From assembly GCA_964016885.1 (NCBI GenBank), contig OZ024750.1:13082001-13146000 (forward strand): DNA of 64,000 nucleotides, given 5' to 3'. The translations under genes were made by a program, and so were the position numbers. Of this stretch, positions 27,851 to 42,400 are shown piece after piece (the stretch's first letter is position 1; every line of letters starts with the position of its first letter). The notes beneath the pieces were generated by a model, which worked only from the letters and a program-made list of their open reading frames with translations, was not told where the DNA came from and did not search any database. This stretch comes from Eledone cirrhosa (lineage: Eukaryota).

Positions 27851-28409
27851 TGAATGACATTATTCAACATTAGATGGATAAAAACTATTAGAATAAATAC
27901 ATTTTAAATATCTTAAAATATAAATTGCAACAGAAAAAAAAACTATTAGAATTTGTAAAGAAATGGTTAAATAATTCTTATATAAAACAGTTTTACGGTG
28001 GCACAAAATAAAATATTTAGATTTTAAATTAAATATGCTGCAATTGAATATGATGAACAATTTAACAAGAGTTCGTTGTTATGTATATACTCGATCCATT
28101 ATAAATTAAATTTCTACTTTTAGACATTATACATTTAGAAGCTATATAAATTCAACTGTTGGGCTAGATTAAATATATATTTTATGAACAGAATTCTTGA
28201 TTAAAATTTTATAAATTCAGAAACTAAACAGAGGTCAATCTAATCAATTATTTTAATTATTTTACATAAGTTTCAGATATACTGAGGAATTAAAATGAGA
28301 GAAGACCTCCTTAACAATACCCAAGAAACCAAGGGAATTGCTACAACTATGAAATAAAACAGGAGTATAGAGTATGATTACTGATCACTTTCTATTACAA
28401 CTATATATA

Positions 28410-28750
28410 TCATCATCATCATCATCATCATCATTTTGCGTCCACTTTTCCCTGCTTGCAAGGGTGGGACGGGAACTGATTCTGGGTTGATTTCTACAGC
28501 TGGATGCCCTTCCTAACACCAACCTCATTTACAGTGAGTGCTGGGTGCTTTTTTTCCGTGGCACCTCCACGACCAGTTTGCAGTGGAATGATAGGGTCCC
28601 CAGTCCCTATCATCTCATTTCTACAGCTGAGTAAACTGGAGCAATGTGAAATAAAGTGTCTTGCTCAAGGAAACAACACATCACCCGGTCTGAGAATTGA
28701 ACTCACAACCTTTCGATTGCAAGGCCAATGCTCTAACCACTAAGCCATGT
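28410..28750 (-). mobile_element. tRNA-derived SINE (internally rearranged) with RTE-like tail and (GAT)n end
   Basis: Minus-strand head TGGCTTAGTGGTTAGAGC (A box)...GAGTTCAATTC (B box); tail shared with 61150-61270 and 63665-63720. Confidence 0.75.
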
Positions 28751-28807
28751 GCCTTCATATATATATATATATTGAAGTATCGAGAGAGTTGAAATATTTT
28801 TAGAAAT

Positions 28808-29010
28808 GAAGAAAATCTCGAACTCGGCACAGCATACGAGCTGTGAAACAGCTTTAGAAAATCATATAAAATACCCTATAGTTAGAAAAAAGAGCCAACA
28901 TTTGCTACAGAGTATCAAACACTGCACCTCTCAAATTCTGCCTACAGGGGTATTTTACCTGATTTTCTAAAGCTGTTCTCATGGCTATTCTGCATTCAAG
29001 ATTTACTTCA
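28808..29010. mobile_element. MITE-like foldback element
   Basis: Imperfect arms acagctttagaaaatca..taaaataccc / gggtatttta..tgattttctaaagctgt. Confidence 0.55.
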
Positions 29011-29649
29011 ATTCCATATATATGTGTGTGTGTACGTATATAGATCAGGATTTTACCAGTTTTAAACTAGTAAGACAATTATTCAACAGAGTACTCAATA
29101 TTTGAGTACTCAATAGTAGAGAGTTGGAGCCCAACAGCTGAGCTCTTGTCATTTCAACACCTAATTCCTTATATATATATAAGACATGACATATAAATAG
29201 ATATATATAACATAGTGTGAGAAGCAATAACACAGAAAGTAAAGTCAAATGACTGTGAAATTCTAAGTATTAAATACATTAAATTATGAATATTCAATTG
29301 CCAAGATCCATAAACTATGCAGAGAGAAGCATAATAAGAAGTGAAATATTTCAACCGATATTGTGTGTGAATACAATAATTAATATAAGCCTATATATTG
29401 CAAGTGTATTTTACAATGATGCAAAAAATTGCAAATATTGTAGCTTATGTTTCATGCAAATGAAACGTTGTACACTACGATGAAATAATATTTGATGAAC
29501 TAATACACCAGACATTTGAACAATCATATGAAAATATGCATTAGTTATCTCTATCGCAGAACATATTTAATACTAAATCTCTTAAAATATATTCTGACAA
29601 AGATAAAATTAAGCAGTTTAAGAGTATTTACATAGTAACAGAACATACA

Positions 29650-30120
29650 GATTTCTAAACAAATGAGTAAAGATAAAAATAATGGGAGAGAGGAAAACTG
29701 AAATAAAGAACATGTGATAGAAAATGTTAAAAGAGAAGATACAGAAAGGAACAGAAATCCAATGAGAGAGACTGGAAATCAGGTACAAATAATTTTGGAA
29801 GAAAAATGAAATGGGGGGTAAATGTTTCAATTGAAAGGTAAATAGAGGTAGATAAGGAAATAGAGTGAGAGAGATAGAATGGAAAGAGGGAGATAGAGGA
29901 AAGATTTGAGAAAAGGAAGGAAGGGGGGTGAGGAGGAAGTAGTGGGAAGCAGAGAGAGAAAAGAAAAGGAAAGAGAGGATGATGTAGAGAGAGACAAGGA
30001 AGGGAGAGAGAGGAGGAAGTAGAGAGTGAAAAGCGAGCAATTGTAGGAAATAAGGGGAGAGAAGAGAAATTGCTGGAAATGGGAAGGATAGAGGGGGAGA
30101 AGCAAGAGGAAAGAGAGGAC
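29650..30120. repeat. GA-rich low-complexity tract (CU-rich in the pre-mRNA)
   Basis: Direct inspection; a weaker counterpart lies at 49790-50030. Confidence 0.85.
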
Positions 30121-30159
30121 ACATGTCACATACAATAATTATATATATGTATATATATG

Positions 30160-30462
30160 TAGGCAAAGCATCATGCACAATGTAATAATACAAAGAAAGC
30201 ATGTTCATTTGATATAGACAATGTTATAGACTATGGTGTAAATAATAAGAGACCCAACATAACAACTGACAAATTATTGAGCTGAAAAAGACATACGAAA
30301 AATATACACTGGTTAAATAGAGTAAAAGACATAATTATACAGATATAAAAGCATGCTACGAAGGCATTGGTAAGCTATGTGAATTGATGCTTCTATAAAT
30401 TTAAGCAGTAGAAGCAAGTGTAGAAGCATAGACTAAATCCTGGATAATTTTCCACAAAATAC
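30160..30462 (-). promoter_or_regulatory. Conserved intronic block after the exon C donor (UGCAUG at 30172-30177)
   Basis: Homologous to the blocks after exons A, B and D. Confidence 0.6.
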
Positions 30463-33400
30463 CTATATCTTCAAAACTTTCTCCTTTGAATGACTGAAGA
30501 TCTTCAGGACCAGGAAGGATAATATCACCAGCAGAAATAATATCTTGTTCCTGTTTAAATTCGATCGATATTTCTTCTTTTTGTTTGGGCGATATAGCAA
30601 CTTCAAAAGAATCTTTGGCAGCGAAGGGTTCAACCTTATCTGGTATAACTGATTCAGATATATCTGTAGGTTGAATTTCAGTAACAACTGTTACTTCTTC
30701 TTCTTCTGGTTCTTTTATCTTTATTTCAGTTGTAGAAATTGTTGTAATATCAGTAACTTCTTTAATTTCCAGCTCTTTACCTTCAATATGAACTGTACTT
30801 TCAGGTACAATATCAAAGGTAGATATTTCTGGTGTAATTGTTGTTTCTTCTTTACTGATAATGATTTCACTTTTAGCAACAGTTACCTGTTCTTCTTCGG
30901 TAGAAATAATATCTGACACTTTAGGTGTAACTTGCATTTCAATTTCACAGACAGTTGTCTCAGGTTTACCAATATCAATAAATGTAATTTCAGATTTCTC
31001 TGTAGGTTTCTCACCAATATCAAGTTGGATAGATACTTCCTCTTTAGTTTCAGGTTTAATATCAACTTGTGTCTTTTCAACTGGTTCCTTTGAAACTACA
31101 TCTTCATGTACAATTTCAGAAGGAATAGTTTCTTTAATGGTAATCTCTTGTAAATCAGTGCTAACAACACCTACAGTTTGAGGTATCTCTACATCTTCTT
31201 TCTCTATATCAGTTGTATGTTCTACAGTGTCAACAACCACATCTTCTGCTGTATGAATCTCTTCAATTACAGTAACTGATGTGTCTTTCTTATCAACAGG
31301 TACCTCAGTAGTTTCTACGTTCGTTTCTTTATCCGATGGAATATCAAAGAGTTCTTCTTCAGAAAGTACTTCATCAGCTGTACTCACAATACTTACAGCT
31401 GGAGCACTTATTATTGTCATTTCAGAAATTTCTTTCACATCTTTCTGTTCAGGAATGACTTCACTTTCCTTGCTGATTACAACGACACTATCACTTACAA
31501 TTTCTTCAGGTGTTTCCTCAGTTGTAGACATTTTGGTAGAACTCACAGAAATCTGAATACTACTCTCTTCAACTGGTTGAACACTCACTGTATCTTTAAA
31601 TGGTTCTTCCAATGTCTCTACAGTACTTTCTTTTTCTACTTCTTCACCTGTTGTAAATGTTTGTTCAGTTTTTAATACTATAGGTGTTTGGTCTTCAGAT
31701 GTGATTTTCTGAGAATCAATTGATACAACCATTTCAACAGGAACATCACTGATTTTCTCTGGAGAAATATCTGTTTTACTTTGTTCAGTACTGGTACTTA
31801 TAACTGAAGTAACTGTAACAGATTCAAGCGTATCTGGTATAACTGATTCAGATATATCTGTAGGTTGAATTTCAGTAACAACTTTTACTTCTTCTTCTGG
31901 TTGTTTTACCTTTATTTCAGTTGTGGAAATTGTTGTAATATCAGTAACTTCTGGTTTCTTCTCTTTAATTTCCAGTTCTTTACCTTCAATATGAACTGTA
32001 CTTTCAGGTACAATATCAAAGGTAGATATTTCTGGTGTAATTGTTGTTTCTTCTTTAGTGATAATAATGTCACTTTTAGCAACAGTTGCCTGTTCTTTTT
32101 CAGTAGAAATAATATCTGGTACTTTAGGTGTAACTTGCATTTCAATTTCACACACTGTTGTCTCAGGTTTACCAATATCAATAAATGTAATTTCAGATTT
32201 CTCTGTAGATTTCTCACCAATATCAAGTTGGATAGATACTTCCTCTTTAGTTTCTCGTTTAATATCAACTTGTGTCTTTTCAACTGGTTCCTTTGAAACT
32301 ACATCTTCATGTACAATTTCAGAAGGAATAGTTTCTTTAATAGTAATCTCTTGTAAATCAGTGCTAACAACACCTACAGTTTGAGGTATCTCTACATCTT
32401 TCTCTATATCAGTTGTATGTTCTACAGTGTCAACAACTACATCTTCTGCTGTATGAATCTCTACAATTACAGTAACTGATGTGTCTTTCTTATCAACAGG
32501 TACCTCAGTAGTTTCAACTTTCGTTTCTTTATCTGATGGAATATCAAAGAGTTCTTCTTCAGAAATTACTTCATCAGCTGTACTCACAATACTTACAGCT
32601 GGCGCACTTATTATTGTCATTTCAGAAATTTCTTTCACATCTTTCTGTTCAGGAATGACTTCACTTTCCTTGCTGATTACAACGACACTATCACTTACAA
32701 TTTCTTCAGGTGTTTCCTCAGTTGTAGACATTTTGGTAGAACTCACAGAAATCTGAATACTACTCTCTTCAACTGGTTGAACACTCACTGTATCTTTAAA
32801 TGGTTCTTCCAATGTCTCTACAGTACTTTCTTTTTCTACTTCTTCACCTGTTGTAAATGTTTGTTCAGTTTTTAATATTATAGGTGTTTGGTCTTCAGAT
32901 GTGATTTTCTGAGAATCAATTGATATAACCATTTCAACAGGAATATCACTGATTTTCTCTGGAGAAATATCTGTTTTACTTTGTTCAGTACTGGTACTTA
33001 TAACTGAAGTAACTGTAACAGATTCAACCGTATCTGGTATAACTGATTCAGATATATCTGTAGGTTGAATTTCAGTAACAACTTTTACTTCTTCTTCTTC
33101 TGGTTGTTTTACTTTTATTTCAGTTGTAGAAATTGTTGTAATATCAGTAACTTCTGGTTTCTTCTCTTTAATTTCCAGTTCTTTACCTTCAATATGAACT
33201 GTACTTTCAGGTACAATATCAAAGGTAGATATTTCTGGTGTAATTGTTGTTTCTTCTTTAGTGATAATAATTTCACTTTTAGCAACAGTTACCTGTTCTT
33301 CATCGGTAGAAATAATATCTGGTACTTTAGGTGTAACTTGCATTTCAATTTCACACACTGTTGTCTCAGGTTTACCAATATCAATAAATGTAATTTCAGA

Positions 33401-36400
33401 TATCTCAGTAGGTTTCTCACCAATGTCAAGTTGGAGAGATACATCCTCTTTAGTTTCTGGTTTAATATCAACTTGTGTTTTTTCAACTGGTTCCTTTGAA
33501 ACTACATCTTCATGTACAATTTCAGAAGGAATAGTTTCTTTAATAGTAATCTCTTGTAAATCAGTGCTAACAACACCTACAGTTTGAGGTATCTCTACAT
33601 CTTTCTCTATATCAGTTGTATGTTCTACAGTGTCAACAACTACATCTTCTGCTGTATGAATCTCTTCAATTACAGTAACTGATGTGTCTTTCTTATCAAC
33701 AGGTACCTCAGTAGTTTCAACTTTCGTTTCTTTATCCGATGGAATATCAAAGAGTTCTTCTTCAGAAATTACTTCATCAGCTGTACTTACAATACTTACA
33801 GCTGGAGCACTTATTATTGTCATTTCAGAAATTTCTTTCACATCTTTCTGTTCAGGAATGACTTCACTTTCTTTGCTGATTTCAACAACACTATCACTTA
33901 CAATTTCTTCATGTGTTTCCTCAGTTGTAGACATTTTGGTAGAACTCACAGAAATCTGAATACTACTCTCTTCAACTGGTTGAACACTCACTGTATCTTT
34001 AAATGGTTCTTCCAATGTCTCTACAGTACTTTCTTTTTCTACTTCTTCACCTGTTGTAAATGTTTGTTCAGTTTTTAATATTATAGGTGTTTGGTCTTCA
34101 GATGTGATTTTCTGAGAATCAATTGATATAACCATTTCAACAGGAATATCACTGATTTTCTCTGGAGAAATATCTGTTTTACTTTTTTCAGTACTGGTAC
34201 TTATAACTGAAGTAACTGTAACAGATTCAACCGTATCTGGTATAACTGATTCAGATAAATCTGTAGGTTGAATTTCAGTAACAACTTTTACTTCTTCTTC
34301 TTCTGGTTGTTTTACCTTTATTTCAGTTGTAGAAATTGTTGTAATATCAGTAACTTCTGGTTTCTTCTCTTTAATTTCCAGTTCTTTACCTTCAATATGA
34401 ACTGTACTTTCAGGTACAATATCAAAGGTAGATATTTCTGGTGTAATTGTTGTTTCTTCTTTAGTGATAATAATTTCACTTTTAGCAACAGTTACCTGTT
34501 CTTCATCGGTAGAAATAATATCTGGTACTTTAGGTGTAACTTGCATTTCAATTTCACACACTGTTGTCTCAGGTTTACCAATATCAATAAATGTAATTTC
34601 AGATATCTCAGTAGGTTTCTCACCAATGTCAAGTTGTAGAGATACTTCCTCTTTAGTTTCTGGTTTAATATCAACTTGTGTCTTTTCAACTGGTTCCTTT
34701 GAAACTACATCTTCATGTACAATTTCAGAAGGAATAGTTTCTTTAATAGTAATCTCTTGTAAATCAGTGCTAACAACACCTACAGTTTGAGGTATCTCTA
34801 CATCTTCTTTCTCTATATCAGTTGTATTTTCTACAGTGTCAACAACCACATCTTCTGCTGTATGAATCTCTTCAATTACAGTAACTGATGTGTCTTTCTT
34901 ATCAACAGGTACCTCAGTAGTTTCAACTTTCGTTTCTTTATCCGATGGAATATCAAAGAGTTCTTCTTCAGAAAGTACTTCATCAGCTGTACTCACGATA
35001 CTTACAGCTGGAGCACTTATTATTGTCATTTCAGAAATTTCTTTCACATCTTTCTGTTCAGGAATGACTTCACTTTCCTTGCTGATTACAACGACACTAT
35101 CACTTACAATTTCTTCAGGTGTTTCCTCAGTTGTAGACATTTTGGTAGAACTCACAGAAATCTGAATACTACTCTCTTCAACTGGTTGAACACTCACTGT
35201 ATCTTTAAATGGTTCTTCCAATGTCTCTACAGTACTTTCTTTTTCTACTTCTTCACCTGTTGTAAATGTTTGTTCAGTTTTTAATATTATAGGTGTTTGG
35301 TCTTCAGATGTGATTTTCTGAGAATCAATTGATATAACCATTTCAACAGGAATATCACTGATTTTCTCTGGAGAAATATCTGTTTTACTTTGTTCAGTAC
35401 TGGTACTTATAACTGAAGTAACTGTAACAGATTCAACCGTATCTGGTATAACTGATTCAGATATATCTGTAGGTTGAATTTCAGTAACAACTTTTACTTC
35501 TTCTTCTTCTGGTTGTTTTACCTTTATTTCAGTTGTTGAAATTGTTGTAATATCAGTAACTTCTGGTTTCTTCTCTTTAATTTCCAGTTCTTTACCTTCA
35601 ATATGAACTGTACTTTCAGATACAATATCAAAGGTAGATATTTCTGGTGTAATTGTTGTTTCTTCTTTAGTGATAATAATTTCACTTTTAGCAACAGTTA
35701 CCTGTTCTTCATCGGTAGAAATAATATCTGGTACTTTAGGTGTAACTTGCATTTCAATTTCACACACTGTTGTCTCAGGTTTACCAATATCAATAAATGT
35801 AATTTCAGATATCTCAGTAGGTTTCTCACCAATGTCAAGTTGTAGAGATACTTCCTCTTTAGTTTCTGGTTTAATATCAACTTGTGTCTTTTCAACTGGT
35901 TCCTTTGAAACTACATCTTCATGTACAATTTCAGAAGGAATAGTTTCTTTAATGGTAATCTCTTGTAAATCAGTGCTAACAACACCTACAGTTTGAGGTA
36001 TCTCTACATCTTCTTTCTCTATATCAGTTGTATGTTCTACAGTGTCAACAACCACATCTTCTGCTGTATGAATCTCTTCAATTACAGTAACTGATGTGTC
36101 TTTCTTATCAACAGGTACCTCAGTAGTTTCAACTTTCGTTTCTTTATCCGATGGAATATCAAAGAGTTCTTCTTCAGAAAGTACTTCATCAGCTGTACTC
36201 ACGATACTTACAGCTGGAGCACTTATTATTGTCATTTCAGAAATTTCTTTCACATCTTTCTGTTCAGGAATGACTTCACTTTCCTTGCTGATTACAACGA
36301 CACTATCACTTACAATTTCTTCAGGTGTTTCCTCAGTTGTAGACATTTTGGTAGAACTCACAGAAATCTGAATACTACTCTCTTCAACTGGTTGAACACT

Positions 36401-39400
36401 CACTGTATCTTTAAATGGTTCTTCCAATGTCTCTACAGTACTTTCTTTTTCTACTTCTTCACCTGTTGTAAATGTTTGTTCAGTTTTTAATACTATAGGT
36501 GTTTGGTCTTCAGATGTGATTTTCTGAGAATCAATTGATACAACCATTTCAACAGGAATATCACTGATTTTCTCTGGAGAAATATCTGTTTTACTTTGTT
36601 CAGTACTGGTACTTATAACTGAAGTAACTGTAACAGATTCAAGCGTATCTGGTATAACTGATTCAGATATATCTGTAGGTTGAATTTCAGTAACAACTTT
36701 TACTTCTTCTTCTTCTGGTTGTTTTACCTTTATGTCAGTTGTGGAAATTGTTGTAATATCAGTAACTTCTGGTTTCTTCTCTTTAATTTCCAGTTCTTTA
36801 CCTTCAATATGAACTGTACTTTCAGGTACAATATCAAAGGTAGATATTTCTGGTGTAATGGTTGTTTCTTCTTTAGTGATAATAATTTCACTTTTAGCAA
36901 CAGTTACCTGTTCTTCATCGGTAGAAATAATATCTGGTACTTTAGGTGTAACTTGCATTTCAATTTCACACACTGTTGTCTCAGGTTTACCAATATCAAT
37001 AAATGTAATTTCAGATATCTCAGTAGGTTTCTCACCAATGTCAAGTTGTAGAGATACTTCCTCTTTAGTTTCTGGTTTAATATCAACTTGTGTCTTTTCA
37101 ACTGGTTCCTTTGAAACTACATCTTCATGTACAATTTCAGAAGGAATAGTTTCTTTAATAGTAATCTCTTGTAAATCAGTGCTAACAACACCTACAGTTT
37201 GAGGTATCTCTACATCTTCTTTCTCTATATCAGTTGTATTTTCTACAGTGTCAACAACCACATCTTCTGCTGTATGAATCTCTTCAATTACAGTAACTGA
37301 TGTGTCTTTCTTATCAACAGGTACCTCAGTAGTTTCAACTTTCGTTTCTTTATCCGATGGAATATCAAAGAGTTCTTCTTCAGAAAGTACTTCATCAGCT
37401 GTACTCACGATACTTACAGCTGGAGCACTTATTATTGTCATTTCAGAAATTTCTTTCACATCTTTCTGTTCAGGAATGACTTCACTTTCCTTGCTGATTA
37501 CAACGACACTATCACTTACAATTTCTTCAGGTGTTTCCTCAGTTGTAGACATTTTGGTAGAACTCACAGAAATCTGAATACTACTCTCTTCAACTGGTTG
37601 AACACTCACTGTATCTTTAAATGGTTCTTCCAATGTCTCTACAGTACTTTCTTTTTCTACTTCTTCACCTGTTGTAAATGTTTGTTCAGTTTTTAATATT
37701 ATAGGTGTTTGGTCTTCAGATGTGATTTTCTGAGAATCAATTGATATAACCATTTCAACAGGAATATCACTGATTTTCTCTGGAGAAATATCTGTTTTAC
37801 TTTGTTCAGTACTGGTACTTATAACTGAAGTAACTGTAACAGATTCAACCGTATCTGGTATAACTGATTCAGATATATCTGTAGGTTGAATTTCAGTCAC
37901 AACTTTTACTTCTTCTTCTTCTGGTTGTTTTACCTTTATTTCAGTTGTTGAAATTGTTGTAATATCAGTAACTTCTGGTTTCTTCTCTTTAATTTCCAGT
38001 TCTTTACCTTCAATATGAACTGTACTTTCAGATACAATATCAAAGGTAGATATTTCTGGTGTAATTGTTGTTTCTTCTTTAGTGATAATAATTTCACTTT
38101 TAGCAACAGTTACCTGTTCTTCATCGGTAGAAATAATATCTGGTACTTTAGGTGTAACTTGCATTTCAATTTCACACACTGTTGTCTCAGGTTTACCAAT
38201 ATCAATAAATGTAATTTCAGATATCTCAGTAGGTTTCTCACCAATGTCAAGTTGTAGAGATACTTCCTCTTTAGTTTCTGGTTTAATATCAACTTGTGTC
38301 TTTTCAACTGGTTCCTTTGAAACTACATCTTCATGTACAATTTCAGAAGGAATAGTTTCTTTAATGGTAATCTCTTGTAAATCAGTGCTAACAACACCTA
38401 CAGTTTGAGGTATCTCTACATCTTCTTTCTCTATATCAGTTGTATGTTCTACAGTGTCAACAACCACATCTTCTGCTGTATGAATCTCTTCAATTACAGT
38501 AACTGATGTGTCTTTCTTATCAACAGGTACCTCAGTAGTTTCAACTTTCGTTTCTTTATCCGATGGAATATCAAAGAGTTCTTCTTCAGAAAGTACTTCA
38601 TCAGCTGTACTCACGATACTTACAGCTGGAGCACTTATTATTGTCATTTCAGAAATTTCTTTCACATCTTTCTGTTCAGGAATGACTTCACTTTCCTTGC
38701 TGATTACAACGACACTATCACTTACAATTTCTTCAGGTGTTTCCTCAGTTGTAGACATTTTGGTAGAACTCACAGAAATCTGAATACTACTCTCTTCAAC
38801 TGGTTGAACACTCACTGTATCTTTAAATGGTTCTTCCAATGTCTCTACAGTACTTTCTTTTTCTACTTCTTCACCTGTTGTAAATGTTTGTTCAGTTTTT
38901 AATACTATAGGTGTTTGGTCTTCAGATGTGATTTTCTGAGAATCAATTGATACAACCATTTCAACAGGAATATCACTGATTTTCTCTGGAGAAATATCTG
39001 TTTTACTTTGTTCAGTACTGGTACTTATAACTGAAGTAACTGTAACAGATTCAAGCGTATCTGGTATAACTGATTCAGATATATCTGTAGGTTGAATTTC
39101 AGTAACAACTTTTACTTCTTCTTCTTCTGGTTGTTTTACCTTTATGTCAGTTGTGGAAATTGTTGTAATATCAGTAACTTCTGGTTTCTTCTCTTTAATT
39201 TCCAGTTCTTTACCTTCAATATGAACTGTACTTTCAGGTACAATATCAAAGGTAGATATTTCTGGTGTAATGGTTGTTTCTTCTTTAGTGATAATAATTT
39301 CACTTTTAGCAACAGTTACCTGTTCTTCATCGGTAGAAATAATATCTGGTACTTTAGGTGTAACTTGCATTTCAATTTCACACACTGTTGTCTCAGGTTT

Positions 39401-42400
39401 ACCAATATCAATAAATGTAATTTCAGATATCTCAGTAGGTTTCTCACCAATGTCAAGTTGTAGAGATACTTCCTCTTTAGTTTCTGGTTTAATATCAACT
39501 TGTGTCTTTTCAACTGGTTCCTTTGAAATTACATCTTCATGTACAATTTCAGAAGGAATAGTTTCTTTAATGTTAATCTCTTGTAAATCAGTGCTAACAA
39601 CACCTACAGTTTGAGGTATCTCTACATCTTCTTTCTCTATATCAGTTGTATGTTCTACAGTGTCAACAACCACATCTTCTGCTGTATGAATCTCTTCAAT
39701 TACAGTAACTGATGTGTCTTTCTTATCAACAGGTACCTCAGTAGTTTCAACTTTCGTTTCTTTATCCGATGGAATATCAAAGAGTTCTTCTTCAGAAAGT
39801 ACTTCATCAGCTGTACTCACGATACTTACAGCTGGAGCACTTATTATTGTCATTTCAGAAATTTCTTTCACATCTTTCTGTTCAGGAATGACTTCACTTT
39901 CCTTGCTGATTACAACGACACTATCACTTACAATTTCTTCAGGTGTTTCCTCAGTTGTAGACATTTTGGTAGAACTCACAGAAATCTGAATACTACTCTC
40001 TTCAACTGGTTGAACACTCACTGTATCTTTAAATGGTTCTTCCAATGTCTCTACAGTACTTTCTTTTTCTACTTCTTCACCTGTTGTAAATGTTTGTTCA
40101 GTTTTTAATATTATAGGTGTTTGGTCTTCAGATGTGATTTTCTGAGAATCAATTGATATAACCATTTCAACAGGAATATCACTGATTTTCTCTGGAGAAA
40201 TATCTGTTTTACTTTGTTCAGTACTGGTACTTATAACTGAAGTAACTGTAACAGATTCAACCGTATCTGGTATAACTGATTCAGATATATCTGTAGGTTG
40301 AATTTCAGTAACAACTTTTACTTCTTCTTCTTCTGGTTGTTTTACCTTTATTTCAGTTGTAGAAATTGTTGTAATATCAGTAACTTCTGGTTTCTTCTCT
40401 TTAATTTCCAGTTCTTTACCTTCAATATGAACTGTACTTTCAGATACAATATCAAAGGTAGATATTTCTGGTGTAATTGTTGTTTCTTCTTTAGTGATAA
40501 TAATTTCACTTTTAGCAACAGTTACCTGTTCTTCATCGGTAGAAATAATATCTGGTACTTTAGGTGTAACTTGCATTTCAATTTCACACACTGTTGTCTC
40601 AGGTTTACCAATATCAATAAATGTAATTTCAGATATCTCAGTAGGTTTCTCACCAATGTCAAGTTGGAGAGATACTTCCTCTTTAGTTTCTGGTTTAATA
40701 TCAACTTGTGTTTTTTCAACTGGTTCCTTTGAAACTACATCTTCATGTACAATTTCAGAAGGAATAGTTTCTTTAATGTTAATCTCTTGTAAATCAGTGC
40801 TAACAACACCTACAGTTTGAGGTATCTCTACATCTTCTTTCTCTATATCAGTTGTATGTTCTACAGTGTCAACAACCACATCTTCTGCTGTATGAATCTC
40901 TTCAATTACAGTAACTGATGTGTCTTTCTTATCAACAGGTACCTCAGTAGTTTCAACTTTCGTTTCTTTATCCGATGGAATATCAAAGAGTTCTTCTTCA
41001 GAAAGTACTTCATCAGCTGTACTCACGATACTTACAGCTGGAGCACTTATTATTGTCATTTCAGAAATTTCTTTCACATCTTTCTGTTCAGGAATGACTT
41101 CACTTTCCTTGCTGATTACAACGACACTATCACTTACAATTTCTTCAGGTGTTTCCTCAGTTGTAGACATTTTGGTAGAACTCACAGAAATCTGAATACT
41201 ACTCTCTTCAACTGGTTGAACACTCACTGTATCTTTAAATGGTCCTTCCAATGTCTCTACAGTACTTTCTTTTTCTACTTCTTCACCTGTTGTAAATGTT
41301 TGTTCAGTTTTTAATACTATAGGTGTTTGGTCTTCAGATGTGATTTTCTGAGAATCAATTGATACAACCATTTCAACAGGAATATCACTGATTTTCTCTG
41401 GAGAAATATCTGTTTTACTTTGTTCAGTACTGGTACTTATAACTGAAGTAACTGTAACAGATTCAAGCGTATCTGGTATAACTGATTCAGATACATCTGT
41501 AGGTTGAATTTCAGTAACAACTTTTACTTCTTCTTCTTCTGGTTGTTTTACCTTTATATCAGTTGTGGAAATTGTTGTAATATCAGTAACTTCTGGTTTC
41601 TTCTCTTTAATTTCCAGTTCTTTACCTTCAATATGAACTGTACTTTCAGGTACAATATCAAAGGTAGATATTTCTGGTGTAATGGTTGTTTCTTCTTTAG
41701 TGATAATAATTTCACTTTTAGCAACAGTTACCTGTTCTTCATCGGTAGAAATAATATCTGGTACTTTAGGTGTAACTTGCATTTCAATTTCACACACTGT
41801 TGTCTCAGGTTTACCAATATCAATAAATGTAATTTCAGATATCTCAGTAGGTTTCTCACCAATGTCAAGTTGTAGAGATACTTCCTCTTTAGTTTCTGGT
41901 TTAATATCAACTTGTGTCTTTTCAACTGGTTCCTTTGAAACTACATCTTCATGTACAATTTCAGAAGGAATAGTTTCTTTAATGGTAATCTCTTGTAAAT
42001 CAGTGCTAACAACACCTACAGTTTGAGGTATCTCTACATCTTTCTCTATATCAGTTGTATGTTCTACAGTGTCAACAACTACATCTTCTGCTGTATGAAT
42101 CTCTTCAATTACAGTAACTGATGTGTCTTTCTTATCAACAGGTAACTCAGTAGTTTCAACTTTCGTTTCTTTATCCGATGGAATATCAAAGAGTTCTTCT
42201 TCAGAAATTACTTCATCAGCTGTACTCACAATACTTACAGCTGGAGCACTTATTATTGTCATTTCAGAAATTTCTTTCACATCTTTCTGTTCAGGAATGA
42301 CTTCACTTTCTTTGCTGATTTCAACAACACTATCACTTACAATTTCTTCAGGTGTTTCCTCAGTTGTAGACATTTTGGTAGAACTCACAGAAATCTGAAA

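Noticed and set aside
29618-30208. Hydrophobic F/L/S/P ORFs (also 49664-50075)
   Set aside because: Translations of low-complexity CT-rich tracts.
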